From positions 12,836 to 76,835 of the forward strand of contig JAJZXY010000001.1 in NCBI GenBank assembly GCA_021806165.1: DNA of 64,000 nucleotides, read 5' to 3'. The notes below the pieces were generated by a model. The model saw only the letters and a program-made list of their open reading frames with translations, was not told the DNA's origin and did not search any database. Source of the stretch: Thermoplasmata archaeon. Lineage in GTDB: Archaea > Thermoplasmatota > Thermoplasmata > Sysuiplasmatales > Sysuiplasmataceae. Below are positions 1 through 9,931 of this stretch, in pieces (position 1 is the first letter of the stretch; the number at the start of each line of letters is the position of its first letter). Made by a program: the position numbers and the translations under genes.

Positions 1-2
1 AA

Positions 3-560
3 GGTGCAGAGGACTGCCGTAGCTGCGGAGCAGCCAGGATGAGCAGGCTGAAGGTCGGGCCGGCTGACTTTGTCATGGCGGTGGTGGCATCCGGCAAGGC
101 TCCCTTTGTCCTCGGCGCTATGGAGCGTGCGAAGGGCCGCGGAGCGGGGACAGGTGCAATAGTCAACGTCAGGAATGCTGCCGTGTCACAGTACTGCGGC
201 TTCACCATTGAGCTACTTGTCGGTCCGGAGGTCATTGCCGGCTCGTCAAGGATGAAGGCCGGTATGGCGGAAAAGCTCGTGCTGAATATGATTTCCACCG
301 CCGCATTCGTCAGGCTCGGCAGGGTTTATGGCAACTTGATGGTCGGACTGAAACCGCTCAACAGCAAGATAAGGGAGAGGTCGGTTCGCATTCTTTCCAC
401 GATCACAGGCTCAACACATGATGAAGCCGAAGGGGCGCTCGCAGGTGCGGGCTGGGACATAAGGGTCGCATCGCTCATGCTGCTGAAGGGCCTGGAACCG
501 AAGGAGGCCCGGAGAAGGCTGGAGTCTGCGCAGTGGAGCCTCCGCGCAGCCCTTGGGTGA
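3..560 (+). CDS. murQ: N-acetylmuramic acid 6-phosphate etherase (MurQ), C-terminal part; gene continues upstream of window
   Basis: Frame is open to the window edge. The translation carries the SIS-domain MurQ signature (GAGTGAIVNV, GPEVIAGSSRMKAGMAEKLVLNMIS, GRVYGNLMVGLK). It is co-oriented and near-adjacent to a DUF871/MupG-like gene, as in bacterial murQ operons. Confidence 0.8.
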   Translation, partial: GAEDCRSCGAARMSRLKVGPADFVMAVVASGKAPFVLGAMERAKGRGAGTGAIVNVRNAAVSQYCGFTIELLVGPEVIAGSSRMKAGMAEKLVLNMISTAAFVRLGRVYGNLMVGLKPLNSKIRERSVRILSTITGSTHDEAEGALAGAGWDIRVASLMLLKGLEPKEARRRLESAQWSLRAALG

Positions 561-599
561 CGCTCTGCCTTTCAGGCGCCCTTTGCATGCTGAACCAGT

Positions 600-1691
600 C
601 TAGGGGTAGGGGACAAGCCTGAACTTCTGGAACGGGCGCAGCATTCCAACAAGGCTCCTGTCCTCCTCCAGCACCGTTCCGGTGACATTTATGCGACTGT
701 CTGCGGGCCTCTTCTCCAGCCACACATTGAGCTCCCCTGATCTCCTGAGGTTGTTGTTCCCCTCCCTGTAGTCCACGTTGTCCACGGTGACGGAGTAGGC
801 GGGCCTCTCGACACAGTTGCGCGGCTCTGCCATCCTGTGCAGCTCGTCGTCCTTGAACCTGAATGTGTGGCGCAGCGAGAGAAGCGTCCCCGGCCTGGCC
901 ATCCTTTCGCCTCCGAACATCTGCCACTTCTCATTTTCGGTGGCGCCCGCTTCAGGGACTGCCCTGATCCTGATGTATTCCCTGGATGCAACCTCAGCCA
1001 CGGCATCAAGGTCCCTGTCTGAGGCAAGGGGATCTCCAATGAGCACGGTGTCCATCCCGGGTATGGCGAATAGCTCCTCGGCCGCGCGCTCAGGCGACAT
1101 GTAGCGCTGCGACTCGACAGTAACCCTTGTATGGAGCGCGGATGAGTGCACGAAAGCAAACATGGGCACGCCGTGGGCTGCAAAGGCTGCAGTCTGCTCC
1201 TTCACGAAGTCAAGCGAGATGCCCGACTCGAACCTGGGGTGGTAGTTGAAGCTTGCCTGCATGACCGACGCATCTGCGCCGTGCCTGAACATCTCGTCAA
1301 GGTCGGAAGAGTAGTAATGGCTGCCGTTGATCTCAATCTTCATCCCCGCGCTGTTGTGCGTGATTTCGGCAGCCTCCCTGTTGGAGAAGCCGTCGTCCAG
1401 CCTGAGGGCGGTGACGCCGGCATCCCTGAACGGGGAGAGGTCTTCGAGCGTCGCATGGAAGATCTCCAGGGCCTTAGGCGAAATGTCCGTTACTATCTCC
1501 ATGCCGAGCTCCTTTGCCCTCTTTGCCACCACCGGCATCTCGGCGCTCACCCTTGCAGGATCTGAACCGGGACGCTGCATGCTTGTGAATATCCTCCTGT
1601 AACCCTTCGACGCAGCCTTCTCAATGTATGCAATGTTCTCCTCGACCGTGCTCTCCATTCCCGTGAATATCGAAATTCCTGTGTTTCTCAT
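600..1691 (-). CDS. DUF871 family protein, 6-phospho-N-acetylmuramidase (MupG)-like
   Basis: The N-terminus MRNTGISIFTGMESTVEENIAYIEKAASKGYRRIFTSMQ matches the DUF871/MupG family start (GISIYP...E...YI..A...GF.RIFTSL). It is about 360 aa and sits next to murQ. Confidence 0.65.
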   Translation of the reverse strand: MRNTGISIFTGMESTVEENIAYIEKAASKGYRRIFTSMQRPGSDPARVSAEMPVVAKRAKELGMEIVTDISPKALEIFHATLEDLSPFRDAGVTALRLDDGFSNREAAEITHNSAGMKIEINGSHYYSSDLDEMFRHGADASVMQASFNYHPRFESGISLDFVKEQTAAFAAHGVPMFAFVHSSALHTRVTVESQRYMSPERAAEELFAIPGMDTVLIGDPLASDRDLDAVAEVASREYIRIRAVPEAGATENEKWQMFGGERMARPGTLLSLRHTFRFKDDELHRMAEPRNCVERPAYSVTVDNVDYREGNNNLRRSGELNVWLEKRPADSRINVTGTVLEEDRSLVGMLRPFQKFRLVPYP

Positions 1692-1703
1692 ACAAACACC
1701 CCT

Positions 1704-2714
1704 TTATTCTCCGGCCGGAAGCGCCCTCAGCTCGTGCGAGCCGTCCGACCTTGTCGTTTCAAAATAGTAAATCAGCCTGCCCCTGTGCCTGACCATGTCA
1801 ACATACCTGACAGAGCGCCCACCCTCACCGGACAGGGCGGGCCCGTCTATGGAGAGCCGCTGGAAATTCCTCAGGTCTGAGGTTAGTGCGAGGCCGCACC
1901 TCTCCTCGTAGTTCTCATCAATTCCTGCCGAACCGTCGTAAAATGCAGCGAATCCCCACTCTGTCCTGGCAACTGAGCTTATGCGCGCAGTGCTTGAGTC
2001 CCAGCCAGTTCCCAGTCCGAGCACCTCTCCTTCCCATGAAAAGCGCAGCCCGTCAGCACTCAAAGCCAGACCGCTGTTTGATGTTGTGATGCCGGTTGCA
2101 AATGCGTCAGCCGTTTCGTGGAGTCCCTTCACATCCCTCTTGGGAAGCGGTGCGTAGCTCACGTACATCAGGTAATACCCGCCTGCCTTCAGTATGACCG
2201 GGTCCTTCACACCTGCGGCACCCGCATCGGATGCCTTGAGTACGTTGCGCCTGGATGCGACGTCGATGGACTCCACGCATTCCGACTCTGCAACATCGAT
2301 CTGCCACATGTTTGTCTGCGGGTTCACGTAGCTGAAATAGAACCTGAAGCCGCCATCGGAGGGAACAAGGCAGCTCCTTTCTATGGACGGTGAATTCCCC
2401 AGGCTTCCCTTCTCCAGTTCAAACACGTCCCTGAAAACCAGTCCGTCGGAGCTCCTGGCTATCCTGTTCATAACGCCCCTGCCCTCCCCGCGCGGCCTTC
2501 TGATGCGGTAGGTCAGGAAAACTTCGCCTTCAAATTCAGTTACGGACGGCGCCCCGGTCCAGTAGCCGGGGGCATTTCTTTCCGGTGACCTTACGAGAAC
2601 CGATTTCGAAATATCAAAACGGGGCAAAAATGGCAGATCTCTGGAATTTCTTTGCGACATTCTGTCAGCCATATGATTTACCGTACTTAATGCTAAGGCT
2701 GCTGGAAATTCCAT
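1704..2714 (-). CDS. beta-propeller glycoside-hydrolase-like protein (GH43/GH32/GH130-clan-like), function unassigned
   Basis: It has repeated blade-like segments (DGGFRFYFSYV, GGYYLMYVSYAP, WGFAAFYDGS). There is no signal peptide. An alternative start lies at M15 (about 2672). Confidence 0.35.
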   Translation of the reverse strand: MEFPAALALSTVNHMADRMSQRNSRDLPFLPRFDISKSVLVRSPERNAPGYWTGAPSVTEFEGEVFLTYRIRRPRGEGRGVMNRIARSSDGLVFRDVFELEKGSLGNSPSIERSCLVPSDGGFRFYFSYVNPQTNMWQIDVAESECVESIDVASRRNVLKASDAGAAGVKDPVILKAGGYYLMYVSYAPLPKRDVKGLHETADAFATGITTSNSGLALSADGLRFSWEGEVLGLGTGWDSSTARISSVARTEWGFAAFYDGSAGIDENYEERCGLALTSDLRNFQRLSIDGPALSGEGGRSVRYVDMVRHRGRLIYYFETTRSDGSHELRALPAGE

Positions 2715-2855
2715 TCACAGACCGAACACCTTCCACACCCTTCTCGCCTGCAGTGCGCTAATGCTCCCACCGCACGTTAACTGTGCTTCCTCCTGGATGA
2801 TGCGACGGTTAGGATTATTATTGCATTGGCGATAGCCCCCTCGGCGGCGAATCAG

Positions 2856-4319
2856 ATGAATACGATTGTGGTGGTCACAGACAGCCTGCGCGCGGACTAC
2901 CTGTCCTGCTACGGAAACAGCTGGATCAGTGCGGAGAGCATTGAGAAGTTCAGCAGGAAGGCGACTAAAATCACTCATGCCTACCCGGAGGGGCTGGCCA
3001 CCATTCCCGTAAGGACGGCGCTGCTGACCGGGCGGTATACTCTGCCGTTCAGGGGTTGGCAGGGACTTGAGCGTACGGACGTCCTCCTTCCAGAACTCCT
3101 CTGGGGAAAGGGAATACGCACAGCGCTGATATCGGACACCTACCACATGCACAAGCCCGGGATGGGCTTCGACCGTGGATTCGACGAGGTCAGGTGGATC
3201 AGGGGGCAGGAGTCGGACATGTTCGAGACTGGGGAAGTCCCTGCAGCGGACATAGGCAGGTTTGACAAGCCGCACCCCTCAGACCCCTCGCACGGCAGGC
3301 GGCTGGAGCAGTATTTCAAGAACATATCACGTTTCGACTGGAAGGATGAGAAGGAACATTTCGTTGCCCAGGTTTCGAGCGAGGCTGTCAGGTGGATTGA
3401 TGAGGAGTCGGACAAGGGAGACTTCTTCCTCTGGGTTGACAGTTTCGACCCGCATGAGCCTTGGGATCCGCCCGAGCCGTACTGGAGCATGTATGAGCAT
3501 GTCAAGGGAACTGCAGACGTCATCTCTCCCGTCTACGGCCCGGTTGACGGCTATCTGAGTGAGGATGAGCTTCAGCGCGTGAAATCACTCTACGCAGGAG
3601 AAATCACCATGGTCGACAAGTGGATCGGGAAGATATTCGACGCGATAGAGAGGAAGGGGCTGATGTCGGATACCATGGTCGTCTACCTGTCGGATCACGG
3701 TGAACCTCTGGGGGAGCATGGAATGGTTATGAAGGCAAGGCCATGGCCGTACGAGGAGTTGATTAGAATACCGCTGCTTGTTCACCATCCTGATGGCCCG
3801 ATGGACGGGAGGAGTGTAAAGGGAATGGTGCAGACATGCGATCTGATGCCCACAGTCCTCGACTTCTTTGGAATACCCGGCAAGCTTTCCGCAAACGGCG
3901 AGTCCCAGCCCCCGACACACGGTGAAAGCATGCTCCCGCTCCTTAGCGGAGAGAGCGAAACACTGAGGGATTATGCACTCAGCGGCTACTACAGGAAGTC
4001 ATGGTCAGTTACGGACGGCAGCTGGAAGTATGTCACCTATCTCGAGGAGGAGGCTACAAGGTACCTCGCATGCGACATAACGGAGCGCATGTCGTCTTCA
4101 GGGCGTGATGCAGTTGTCGACCACAGGCGCCCGGAGCTGTACAACCTTGCTGAAGACCCCGGGGAGAATGACAACCTGCTGATCAGGGGCGGCGGCAGTG
4201 CAGCCACCGTCGGCGACAGTCTCGAGCTCGTAATGAGACGCATGGTAGACTCCCTCCAGGCGTACGACAGGGCAGGAACCCCTCCCCATTTCGATTTCCT
4301 GGGCAGACTCATTCAGTGA
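2856..4319 (+). CDS. sulfatase-family (alkaline phosphatase superfamily) protein with Thr at the formylglycine position
   Basis: It shows the sulfatase fold signatures NTIVVVTDSLRAD, LLTGRY and LSDHGEPLGEHG. The canonical C/S-x-P-x-R motif reads T-I-P-V-R (about nt 3000-3014). The ATG at 2856 is preferred over the TTG at 2826 in the track. Confidence 0.7.
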   Translation: MNTIVVVTDSLRADYLSCYGNSWISAESIEKFSRKATKITHAYPEGLATIPVRTALLTGRYTLPFRGWQGLERTDVLLPELLWGKGIRTALISDTYHMHKPGMGFDRGFDEVRWIRGQESDMFETGEVPAADIGRFDKPHPSDPSHGRRLEQYFKNISRFDWKDEKEHFVAQVSSEAVRWIDEESDKGDFFLWVDSFDPHEPWDPPEPYWSMYEHVKGTADVISPVYGPVDGYLSEDELQRVKSLYAGEITMVDKWIGKIFDAIERKGLMSDTMVVYLSDHGEPLGEHGMVMKARPWPYEELIRIPLLVHHPDGPMDGRSVKGMVQTCDLMPTVLDFFGIPGKLSANGESQPPTHGESMLPLLSGESETLRDYALSGYYRKSWSVTDGSWKYVTYLEEEATRYLACDITERMSSSGRDAVVDHRRPELYNLAEDPGENDNLLIRGGGSAATVGDSLELVMRRMVDSLQAYDRAGTPPHFDFLGRLIQ

Positions 4320-4340
4320 GTGGTGCCGGGAGAGTCGGGC

Positions 4341-6257
4341 CTACTCGTCAGTGACATCGCCCTTGAATGTCTTCGGTATGACGAGTTCCTTCCTTCGAAT
4401 CTGGTATTTCGCCTTTGCAGACCTGTGGCTTTTCACGGCCACGTTTCCATCGAAGATATCGAGGGGCACAGAGCCCTCGCACTGCGCAGTCACTTCAATT
4501 CCGAGAATCCTGCAGGCTGCCGGGACCACGTCCGTGAGGAAGATCGGCCTCCTTCTCCTGTACCCCTTCCTGACCCCGTGACCCCTTGCAATGAATGTCG
4601 CGAAATTGGATGAGAATTCAGTTTCGGCGGTCGGAGGCTGTGAACCGTGGTTTGCACCGCCGGTCTTCCACACTATGCGCTTCTCGCCGAGCGTCACCAC
4701 CTCGCTGCCGCTCCAGACATATCCCCTGTCGAAGACAAGCACGATATCTCCCGTCCCGTCTCCGGCAACGCCGGCGACGCTTGCCTCCTCCTTCCTAAGC
4801 ACAGACGCGAAGGGGGAGAGGTCCGTGTCCGGATCCCTTACCGAGAGTATTGCACTGCGCACCTCCTCCCTGAATGCTGTGTAGTCGCCCTCCTCCACTA
4901 TTCCCTCGGGATCCCTCCCCTTCAGGCTTATGTATACATGAGACAGATTCACCACAACCCTAGAGGCGGCAAGGTCGACCTTCGGCGCCCCTCCCGCGAC
5001 GTCTATCTTCATCCACCCCTTCTCCATGAAAAGGTTGCAGAGCGACACCCTGTGGTGGTTGGGTATGTTGCCGTGGTCTGACACCACGACAAAAGCATCC
5101 TCAGGACCGGCGATGGCTAGCAGCTTCCCAGTGAGCTCATCTGCTAGCATGTAGCCCTCGCGAAGCATCTCCACCGCCTTCTCCTCATCAGCTCCTCCCC
5201 CGTAGTCGCCGCCTGTCCTGTCCGCCCGGCCAAGGAATGCGTGCTGCACCGAATCCACATAATGCCAGTGCAGGAAGAACATGGAAACGTCATATCCCTC
5301 CTCCATAAGCCTGAAGCAGCCTGCAATCCAGTCGAACTTGTACCTTGTCTCCTCCAGGAAAGTATCCCTGTCAACCAGGCCGTCCAGGTAGAGCTTTCCC
5401 ACGTCGTCGTTTATGTACGGGCCGAGCCTCCTGACCAGCTCCCTGCCCGTCTCCCCCGGCGAGCAGAAGTCGCTGTCAATGTATATGCTGCTCCTGTAGA
5501 TCCTTGTCACTCTTCCGTCTCCCCCGGGCGCTTTTGGAAGCAGCTTCCACCTGACTGAGGCCCTTCCCGATTCTAGATCGAAATGAAACCATCCGGACCA
5601 TTCACCTTCAGCAAGTTCCGCCTCCTGCCCGCCTGCCTCGATCCTGATCTTGCCTTCACCGTCCATCCTGCTGATCTTCGGGCTGATACCACCCTGGCCG
5701 TGGCTGAACGGCACATCCAGGCGGACTGTTCCGTTGCCATCCCACAGCCCCGCCCACTTCTCCCACCTGCTCTCCCTGCGCTTCTCCCCGGCGCCTATAA
5801 TGTAGACGCAGCATGTGGCAAGGCCAAAGTAATCTCTGTTTGGGCCGTAGAACCAGTCTACATGGTAGATGCCGTCCTGGTCCGAAGGATAGCCTATGTA
5901 GTTGAGCAGAACAGACTTCCTCCCCTGCCTAAGTCCCGCCTCCCAGAGGTACTCGGCCGTGCAGATGGTCGATGTCATGCACTCGTCGAAGTGGTCTTCT
6001 TCAATACCCTCTCCCGGAACGTGCGATCCCCAGAGGAATACGCCGTGCGTCCCCGACCGTGCACCCGTGGAAATGGTGGCCCAATTGGTCGGAGTGAAGA
6101 CAGGCAGGCTTGGTATCGCCTTTGACCATGCTCCATCGTTAATCAGTGCAGAAATGCTGGGCATCCTGCCCTCGGCGATAAACTTCTCCGCGATCTTTGG
6201 TGACATCCCGTCGATGCCTACAAGGTAGAGTTTCTTCCTGCTGCTCATGTGGTTCAA
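4341..6257 (-). CDS. type I phosphodiesterase / nucleotide pyrophosphatase (NPP) family protein, alkaline phosphatase superfamily
   Basis: LYLVGIDGMS and FTPTNWATISTGARSGTHGV resemble the NPP metal-site and Thr-nucleophile region. The protein is 638 aa with a long C-terminal extension. Confidence 0.6.
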   Translation of the reverse strand: MNHMSSRKKLYLVGIDGMSPKIAEKFIAEGRMPSISALINDGAWSKAIPSLPVFTPTNWATISTGARSGTHGVFLWGSHVPGEGIEEDHFDECMTSTICTAEYLWEAGLRQGRKSVLLNYIGYPSDQDGIYHVDWFYGPNRDYFGLATCCVYIIGAGEKRRESRWEKWAGLWDGNGTVRLDVPFSHGQGGISPKISRMDGEGKIRIEAGGQEAELAEGEWSGWFHFDLESGRASVRWKLLPKAPGGDGRVTRIYRSSIYIDSDFCSPGETGRELVRRLGPYINDDVGKLYLDGLVDRDTFLEETRYKFDWIAGCFRLMEEGYDVSMFFLHWHYVDSVQHAFLGRADRTGGDYGGGADEEKAVEMLREGYMLADELTGKLLAIAGPEDAFVVVSDHGNIPNHHRVSLCNLFMEKGWMKIDVAGGAPKVDLAASRVVVNLSHVYISLKGRDPEGIVEEGDYTAFREEVRSAILSVRDPDTDLSPFASVLRKEEASVAGVAGDGTGDIVLVFDRGYVWSGSEVVTLGEKRIVWKTGGANHGSQPPTAETEFSSNFATFIARGHGVRKGYRRRRPIFLTDVVPAACRILGIEVTAQCEGSVPLDIFDGNVAVKSHRSAKAKYQIRRKELVIPKTFKGDVTDE

Positions 6258-6359
6258 CGGGCTGGCGATGTTTTCTTCATAGTAAATGATTTCCAGCGGA
6301 CTCCCCGCCGCACTGGTAACTCATAATAGGAGGCTCCGTCCTCTGGGGGCACCACAGGG

Positions 6360-7988
6360 TTGAACATGACCATAAATGAAAACACTTCGGTAGAGCAGCT
6401 AGGAAAGCTTTTCCAGATATCGCTTCCCGCTGACAGGACGTCCGAATGGGCGAACATAATAAGGGAGGTTGTTCCGGGCAGCATCGTGATTCAGGGCGCC
6501 AACGTTTCCATTGCTTCTGACATAGCCGGATTCGCATGGCGAATACGCTCCATATGCCTGGACGCAGGCATCACCCGGGAGAGATTCCCGCTGATAGGCA
6601 TCACGCAGGAGGGCGGCTGGATCAGCAGGGTCACGGATATTGCAAACAGCCCCGGCAACATGGCACTCGGGGCGGCAGGCAGCGTCACCTCGACCTACGC
6701 CTCCTACCGCGCCATGGCCGAGGAGCTTAGGTCGCTTGGCATAGACTGGGACCTCGCCCCGGTTGTGGATGTGAATACGGAGCCGTCAAACCCTATAATA
6801 GGTGTCAGGTCCTTCGGTGACGATCCGAAGGCGGTATCAGCCCACTCGCTCGCGGCACTCGACGGCCTTGAGGACGGCGGACTGCTTTCGTGCGTGAAGC
6901 ACTTTCCGGGTCACGGGGCGACCAGCTCCGATTCGCACATCACCCTTCCGCGGCTTGATCTGTCCCTTGAAGAACTTGAGCGGTGCGACCTCCTTCCGTA
7001 CAGGGAGAGCATCAGACGGGGCTCAGATTCGATCATGATATCCCATGTTGCATTCCCGGCCATCGAGGGAAGGGGAAGGCTGCTTCCCGCCACCCTGTCG
7101 AAGAAGATCACAACGGGCCTGCTGCGGGAAAGGCTTGGCTATGACGGCCTCGTTGTAACGGATTCCCTCTCAATGTCAGCGGTAGCAGACAATTTCCCGG
7201 CTGAGTCTGTTCCAGTTTCAGCAATCGATGCGGGTGCAGACATACTCGAATGCGCCTCTCCTGAGATGTATATGGTGATGTTTCACTCCCTCCGCAGCGC
7301 AGTTGCGTCCGGAAGGGTGGGAGGTGAAAGGATAGCAAGGAGCATCCGGCGCTTTGACGACCTGAGGCGCACGCATGCAGCCCTGGGAAGGCGAAAGAGA
7401 GGCACAGCCAGATGGAGCAGGCAGGCGCGATACAGCGCAACGCGCGCCTCATTAGTTTCATCGGTAACCCTTGTGGGCAGGAGGATTCGCATGCCTCTTC
7501 TGAAAGGATGCGAGGCAGTGCATTCATTCTATTTCAGCAGGTCGGCAATGCTGGAGGACAGGGGTATCACCGAGGGCAGCAGCCCCCTGTCTCAGATATT
7601 CCGCGAATGGGGATTTACAGGGGGGCGCCACTTTACCGCTCCCAGGAACATTTCCTCCGCGCAGGCAGGGGAGATGTCGCAGCTCGCAGCGGCCCATGCG
7701 GGCAAGAATGATTTCCTGGTGGTGTTCACAAACGACGCACTCGCGTCAAAGCAGACAAAGGGGCGGCGCCCTCAGATAGATTTCACAATGCAGATTCATG
7801 AACTGATGGAGGGGAGGGTAGCGGCCGTGGGCACAGGCACACCATATGAGGCAGAGCTGCTGAAAGGTATCCCGTATGTCTGCGCCTACAGTTTCAGGAA
7901 GGAGGCGCTGTCTGCAGCCGTCGGAGTCCTTGCAGGCGGAATGGCTGCACAGGGGCGGCTGCCTGTGAAGATGCAGGGTGTACAGTGA
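6360..7988 (+). CDS. glycoside hydrolase family 3 beta-N-acetylhexosaminidase (NagZ-like) with C-terminal extension
   Basis: It carries the GH3 N-terminal domain motifs KHFPGHGATSSDSH and GLVVTDSLSM, plus PVVDVNTEPSNPIIGVRSFG. No signal peptide is present. Confidence 0.7.
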   Translation: MNMTINENTSVEQLGKLFQISLPADRTSEWANIIREVVPGSIVIQGANVSIASDIAGFAWRIRSICLDAGITRERFPLIGITQEGGWISRVTDIANSPGNMALGAAGSVTSTYASYRAMAEELRSLGIDWDLAPVVDVNTEPSNPIIGVRSFGDDPKAVSAHSLAALDGLEDGGLLSCVKHFPGHGATSSDSHITLPRLDLSLEELERCDLLPYRESIRRGSDSIMISHVAFPAIEGRGRLLPATLSKKITTGLLRERLGYDGLVVTDSLSMSAVADNFPAESVPVSAIDAGADILECASPEMYMVMFHSLRSAVASGRVGGERIARSIRRFDDLRRTHAALGRRKRGTARWSRQARYSATRASLVSSVTLVGRRIRMPLLKGCEAVHSFYFSRSAMLEDRGITEGSSPLSQIFREWGFTGGRHFTAPRNISSAQAGEMSQLAAAHAGKNDFLVVFTNDALASKQTKGRRPQIDFTMQIHELMEGRVAAVGTGTPYEAELLKGIPYVCAYSFRKEALSAAVGVLAGGMAAQGRLPVKMQGVQ

Positions 7989-8073
7989 GTCTTCGCGCAT
8001 CGCGCCAGTGAGGCAGCTGCAGTTTGACAGATGCCGCTGCGCGTCGAAATTCGATTTCGCCGTCAAAATACCG

Positions 8074-8090
8074 TTTTAGACAATATAAAA
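8074..8090 (+). promoter_or_regulatory. candidate archaeal TATA/BRE promoter upstream of the opp-like operon
   Basis: The AT-rich element ttttagacaatataaaa lies in an otherwise GC-rich intergenic region, about 85-100 bp upstream of the substrate-binding-protein start codon. Confidence 0.25.
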
Positions 8091-8172
8091 TTCACGATCA
8101 ATTGATATAGTAAATGAGTTTACCGGATACGGCGATTACCTGAATAAGAAATTTCTCGCATTCGTCGTCGTT

Positions 8173-9924
8173 GTGCTAATGCTGTCGACTGCCTTTTTTG
8201 TGTCGGCATCGGACCGGGCTACCGCCTCAACATCCACAACATCGACCTCAGGGACACTGACGGTCGGTATTGTTTCACCGGGGGCCATTACAAACCTGAA
8301 TCCTTGGCTAGCCGGTGGCCAGTCCGCTATAACAACCGATCAGCTGAGGGGACTCTTCTACATAACGCTGCTTCTGCAGGCGCCCAACGGGACGCTTATG
8401 CCGCAGCTCGCACAGTCGTGGAGCTCCAACGCCAACGCGACAGTATATACGTTTAACCTGAGACCGAACATGGAATGGTCAGACGGGACCCCGCTCAATG
8501 CAAGCGACGTTGTATTTTCATTCAATGTTCTGCTGCAGAACCCGCTCTTCGACACTCTGAACGGATTCCTGGTGGCATCTCTCATCAAGAAAGTGACGGC
8601 ACTGAACAGCACAGCCGTGCGGTTCACTCTCGTCCACCCGTTCTCCCCGTTCCTGCAGTACGCGGGCCTCGGCAAGTACATAGTGCCGGCCCATGTGTTC
8701 TCGCAGGTTTCCAACCTGTCCAACTACACAGGCTCTGCCAACCCGGTTAGCGATGGGCCGTACATGCTTGTCAACTGGAGCGCAGGTGCAACCGTGCTTC
8801 ACTACAAGGCAAACCCGCACTTCTACCTTGGAAAGCCAAAGATTGAAAACATAGCTGTCGAACTCCTGTCACCCACTGCAAACATACCCGCGCTTCTGCA
8901 GACCGGAGAGATAACGCTCGCACAGCCGACGCCAAGCCAGGTTGCGGGACTTAAGGGTCAGAGCAACATAGGTGTCTCATTCTCGCCGGGTGTATCCATC
9001 CTGAGCACATACTTCGATCCTGCCGGACTCCTCATGTTCGACGATGCGCTGTATCCGTACAACGTGACGCTCGTGAGGCAGGCAATTGCGACAAGCATCA
9101 ACAGGACGCAGATTGTGGATCTCGCACTCAACAGCTACGGAACCGCCGGAAGCCAGGGACAGCTGCCAACCTCGCTGACCCAGTGGATACCGCCCAACCT
9201 GCCCAACTACACGTTCAACCCAGCAAAGGCCAGGGCAATGCTGCAGTCAATCGGGTTCAAGAACGGAACTAACGGCTACCTGGAATTCCCGAACGGGACA
9301 GCCTGGCAGCCCCAGATAATGGACACGGGCGGCTCTGCCAGCAGCGTCGTCAGCGTCATAGTACAGAACCTGAAGGCAGCGGGCATTGATGCCTCGGAGT
9401 CAGTTGTGACGATTGGAAGCATAGTCAAGGGCCTCCAGTACGGCAACTTCGACATGATACTGCTGGGAACCAGCAGGCCACCGATACCCGACTTCGTCCT
9501 GGGCGTATTCGTGACGAACTCCGTGACACCTGTCGGCACACAGGAGCTGGATTACCACGGATGGGCCAGGTGGTCCAACGCGACAGTCTGGAACGACCTG
9601 AACCAGGCCAGGAATGTCAGCAGCTTCACACAGCAGTACAACCTGTATGCAAACGCGCAGCAGATCATGGCGCAGCAGGAACCGCTTGTGACCCTCTACT
9701 ACGCACAGAACATCTGGGCATACTCGAATGCTACGATACACGGCTGGTCCAAGGTGGCCCCTCAGGGATACCAGTTCCCGCAGGCACCGCTCCTGATGGC
9801 CCTTGGCGTGCCGTCCGCCAGCAGCGGCTCCCCCGTGAACACGACTTACCTCGTCATCGGAGTGATTGCGGTGCTCGCCATCATAGGCGTTGCCGTGTAC
9901 GCAGTCAGGAAACGTAAAGGGTAG
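8173..9924 (+). CDS. ABC transporter substrate-binding protein, family 5 (Opp/Dpp-type), archaeal lipid/TM-anchored glycoprotein
   Basis: It has an N-terminal signal-like hydrophobic segment followed by a Ser/Thr-rich linker (TASTSTTSTSGT). The body is SBP family 5 (oligopeptide/dipeptide-binding). Many N-x-S/T sequons are present. The C-terminal TM anchor is VIGVIAVLAIIGVAVYAVRKRKG. The first codon is GTG. Confidence 0.8.
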   Translation: MLMLSTAFFVSASDRATASTSTTSTSGTLTVGIVSPGAITNLNPWLAGGQSAITTDQLRGLFYITLLLQAPNGTLMPQLAQSWSSNANATVYTFNLRPNMEWSDGTPLNASDVVFSFNVLLQNPLFDTLNGFLVASLIKKVTALNSTAVRFTLVHPFSPFLQYAGLGKYIVPAHVFSQVSNLSNYTGSANPVSDGPYMLVNWSAGATVLHYKANPHFYLGKPKIENIAVELLSPTANIPALLQTGEITLAQPTPSQVAGLKGQSNIGVSFSPGVSILSTYFDPAGLLMFDDALYPYNVTLVRQAIATSINRTQIVDLALNSYGTAGSQGQLPTSLTQWIPPNLPNYTFNPAKARAMLQSIGFKNGTNGYLEFPNGTAWQPQIMDTGGSASSVVSVIVQNLKAAGIDASESVVTIGSIVKGLQYGNFDMILLGTSRPPIPDFVLGVFVTNSVTPVGTQELDYHGWARWSNATVWNDLNQARNVSSFTQQYNLYANAQQIMAQQEPLVTLYYAQNIWAYSNATIHGWSKVAPQGYQFPQAPLLMALGVPSASSGSPVNTTYLVIGVIAVLAIIGVAVYAVRKRKG

Positions 9925-9931
9925 ATTTCCG

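Noticed and set aside
475-1183. Track ORFs 475..927(-), 689..1183(-), 817..1104(+) and similar long ORFs overlapping murQ/mupG
   Set aside because: They are Arg/Pro/Gly-rich translations, antisense or out of frame to well-supported genes. These are the shadow ORFs expected in 60% GC DNA. The same applies to 19816..20607(+), 45282..45962(+), 37279..37929(+), 63086..63721(-) and 32427..33005(+).
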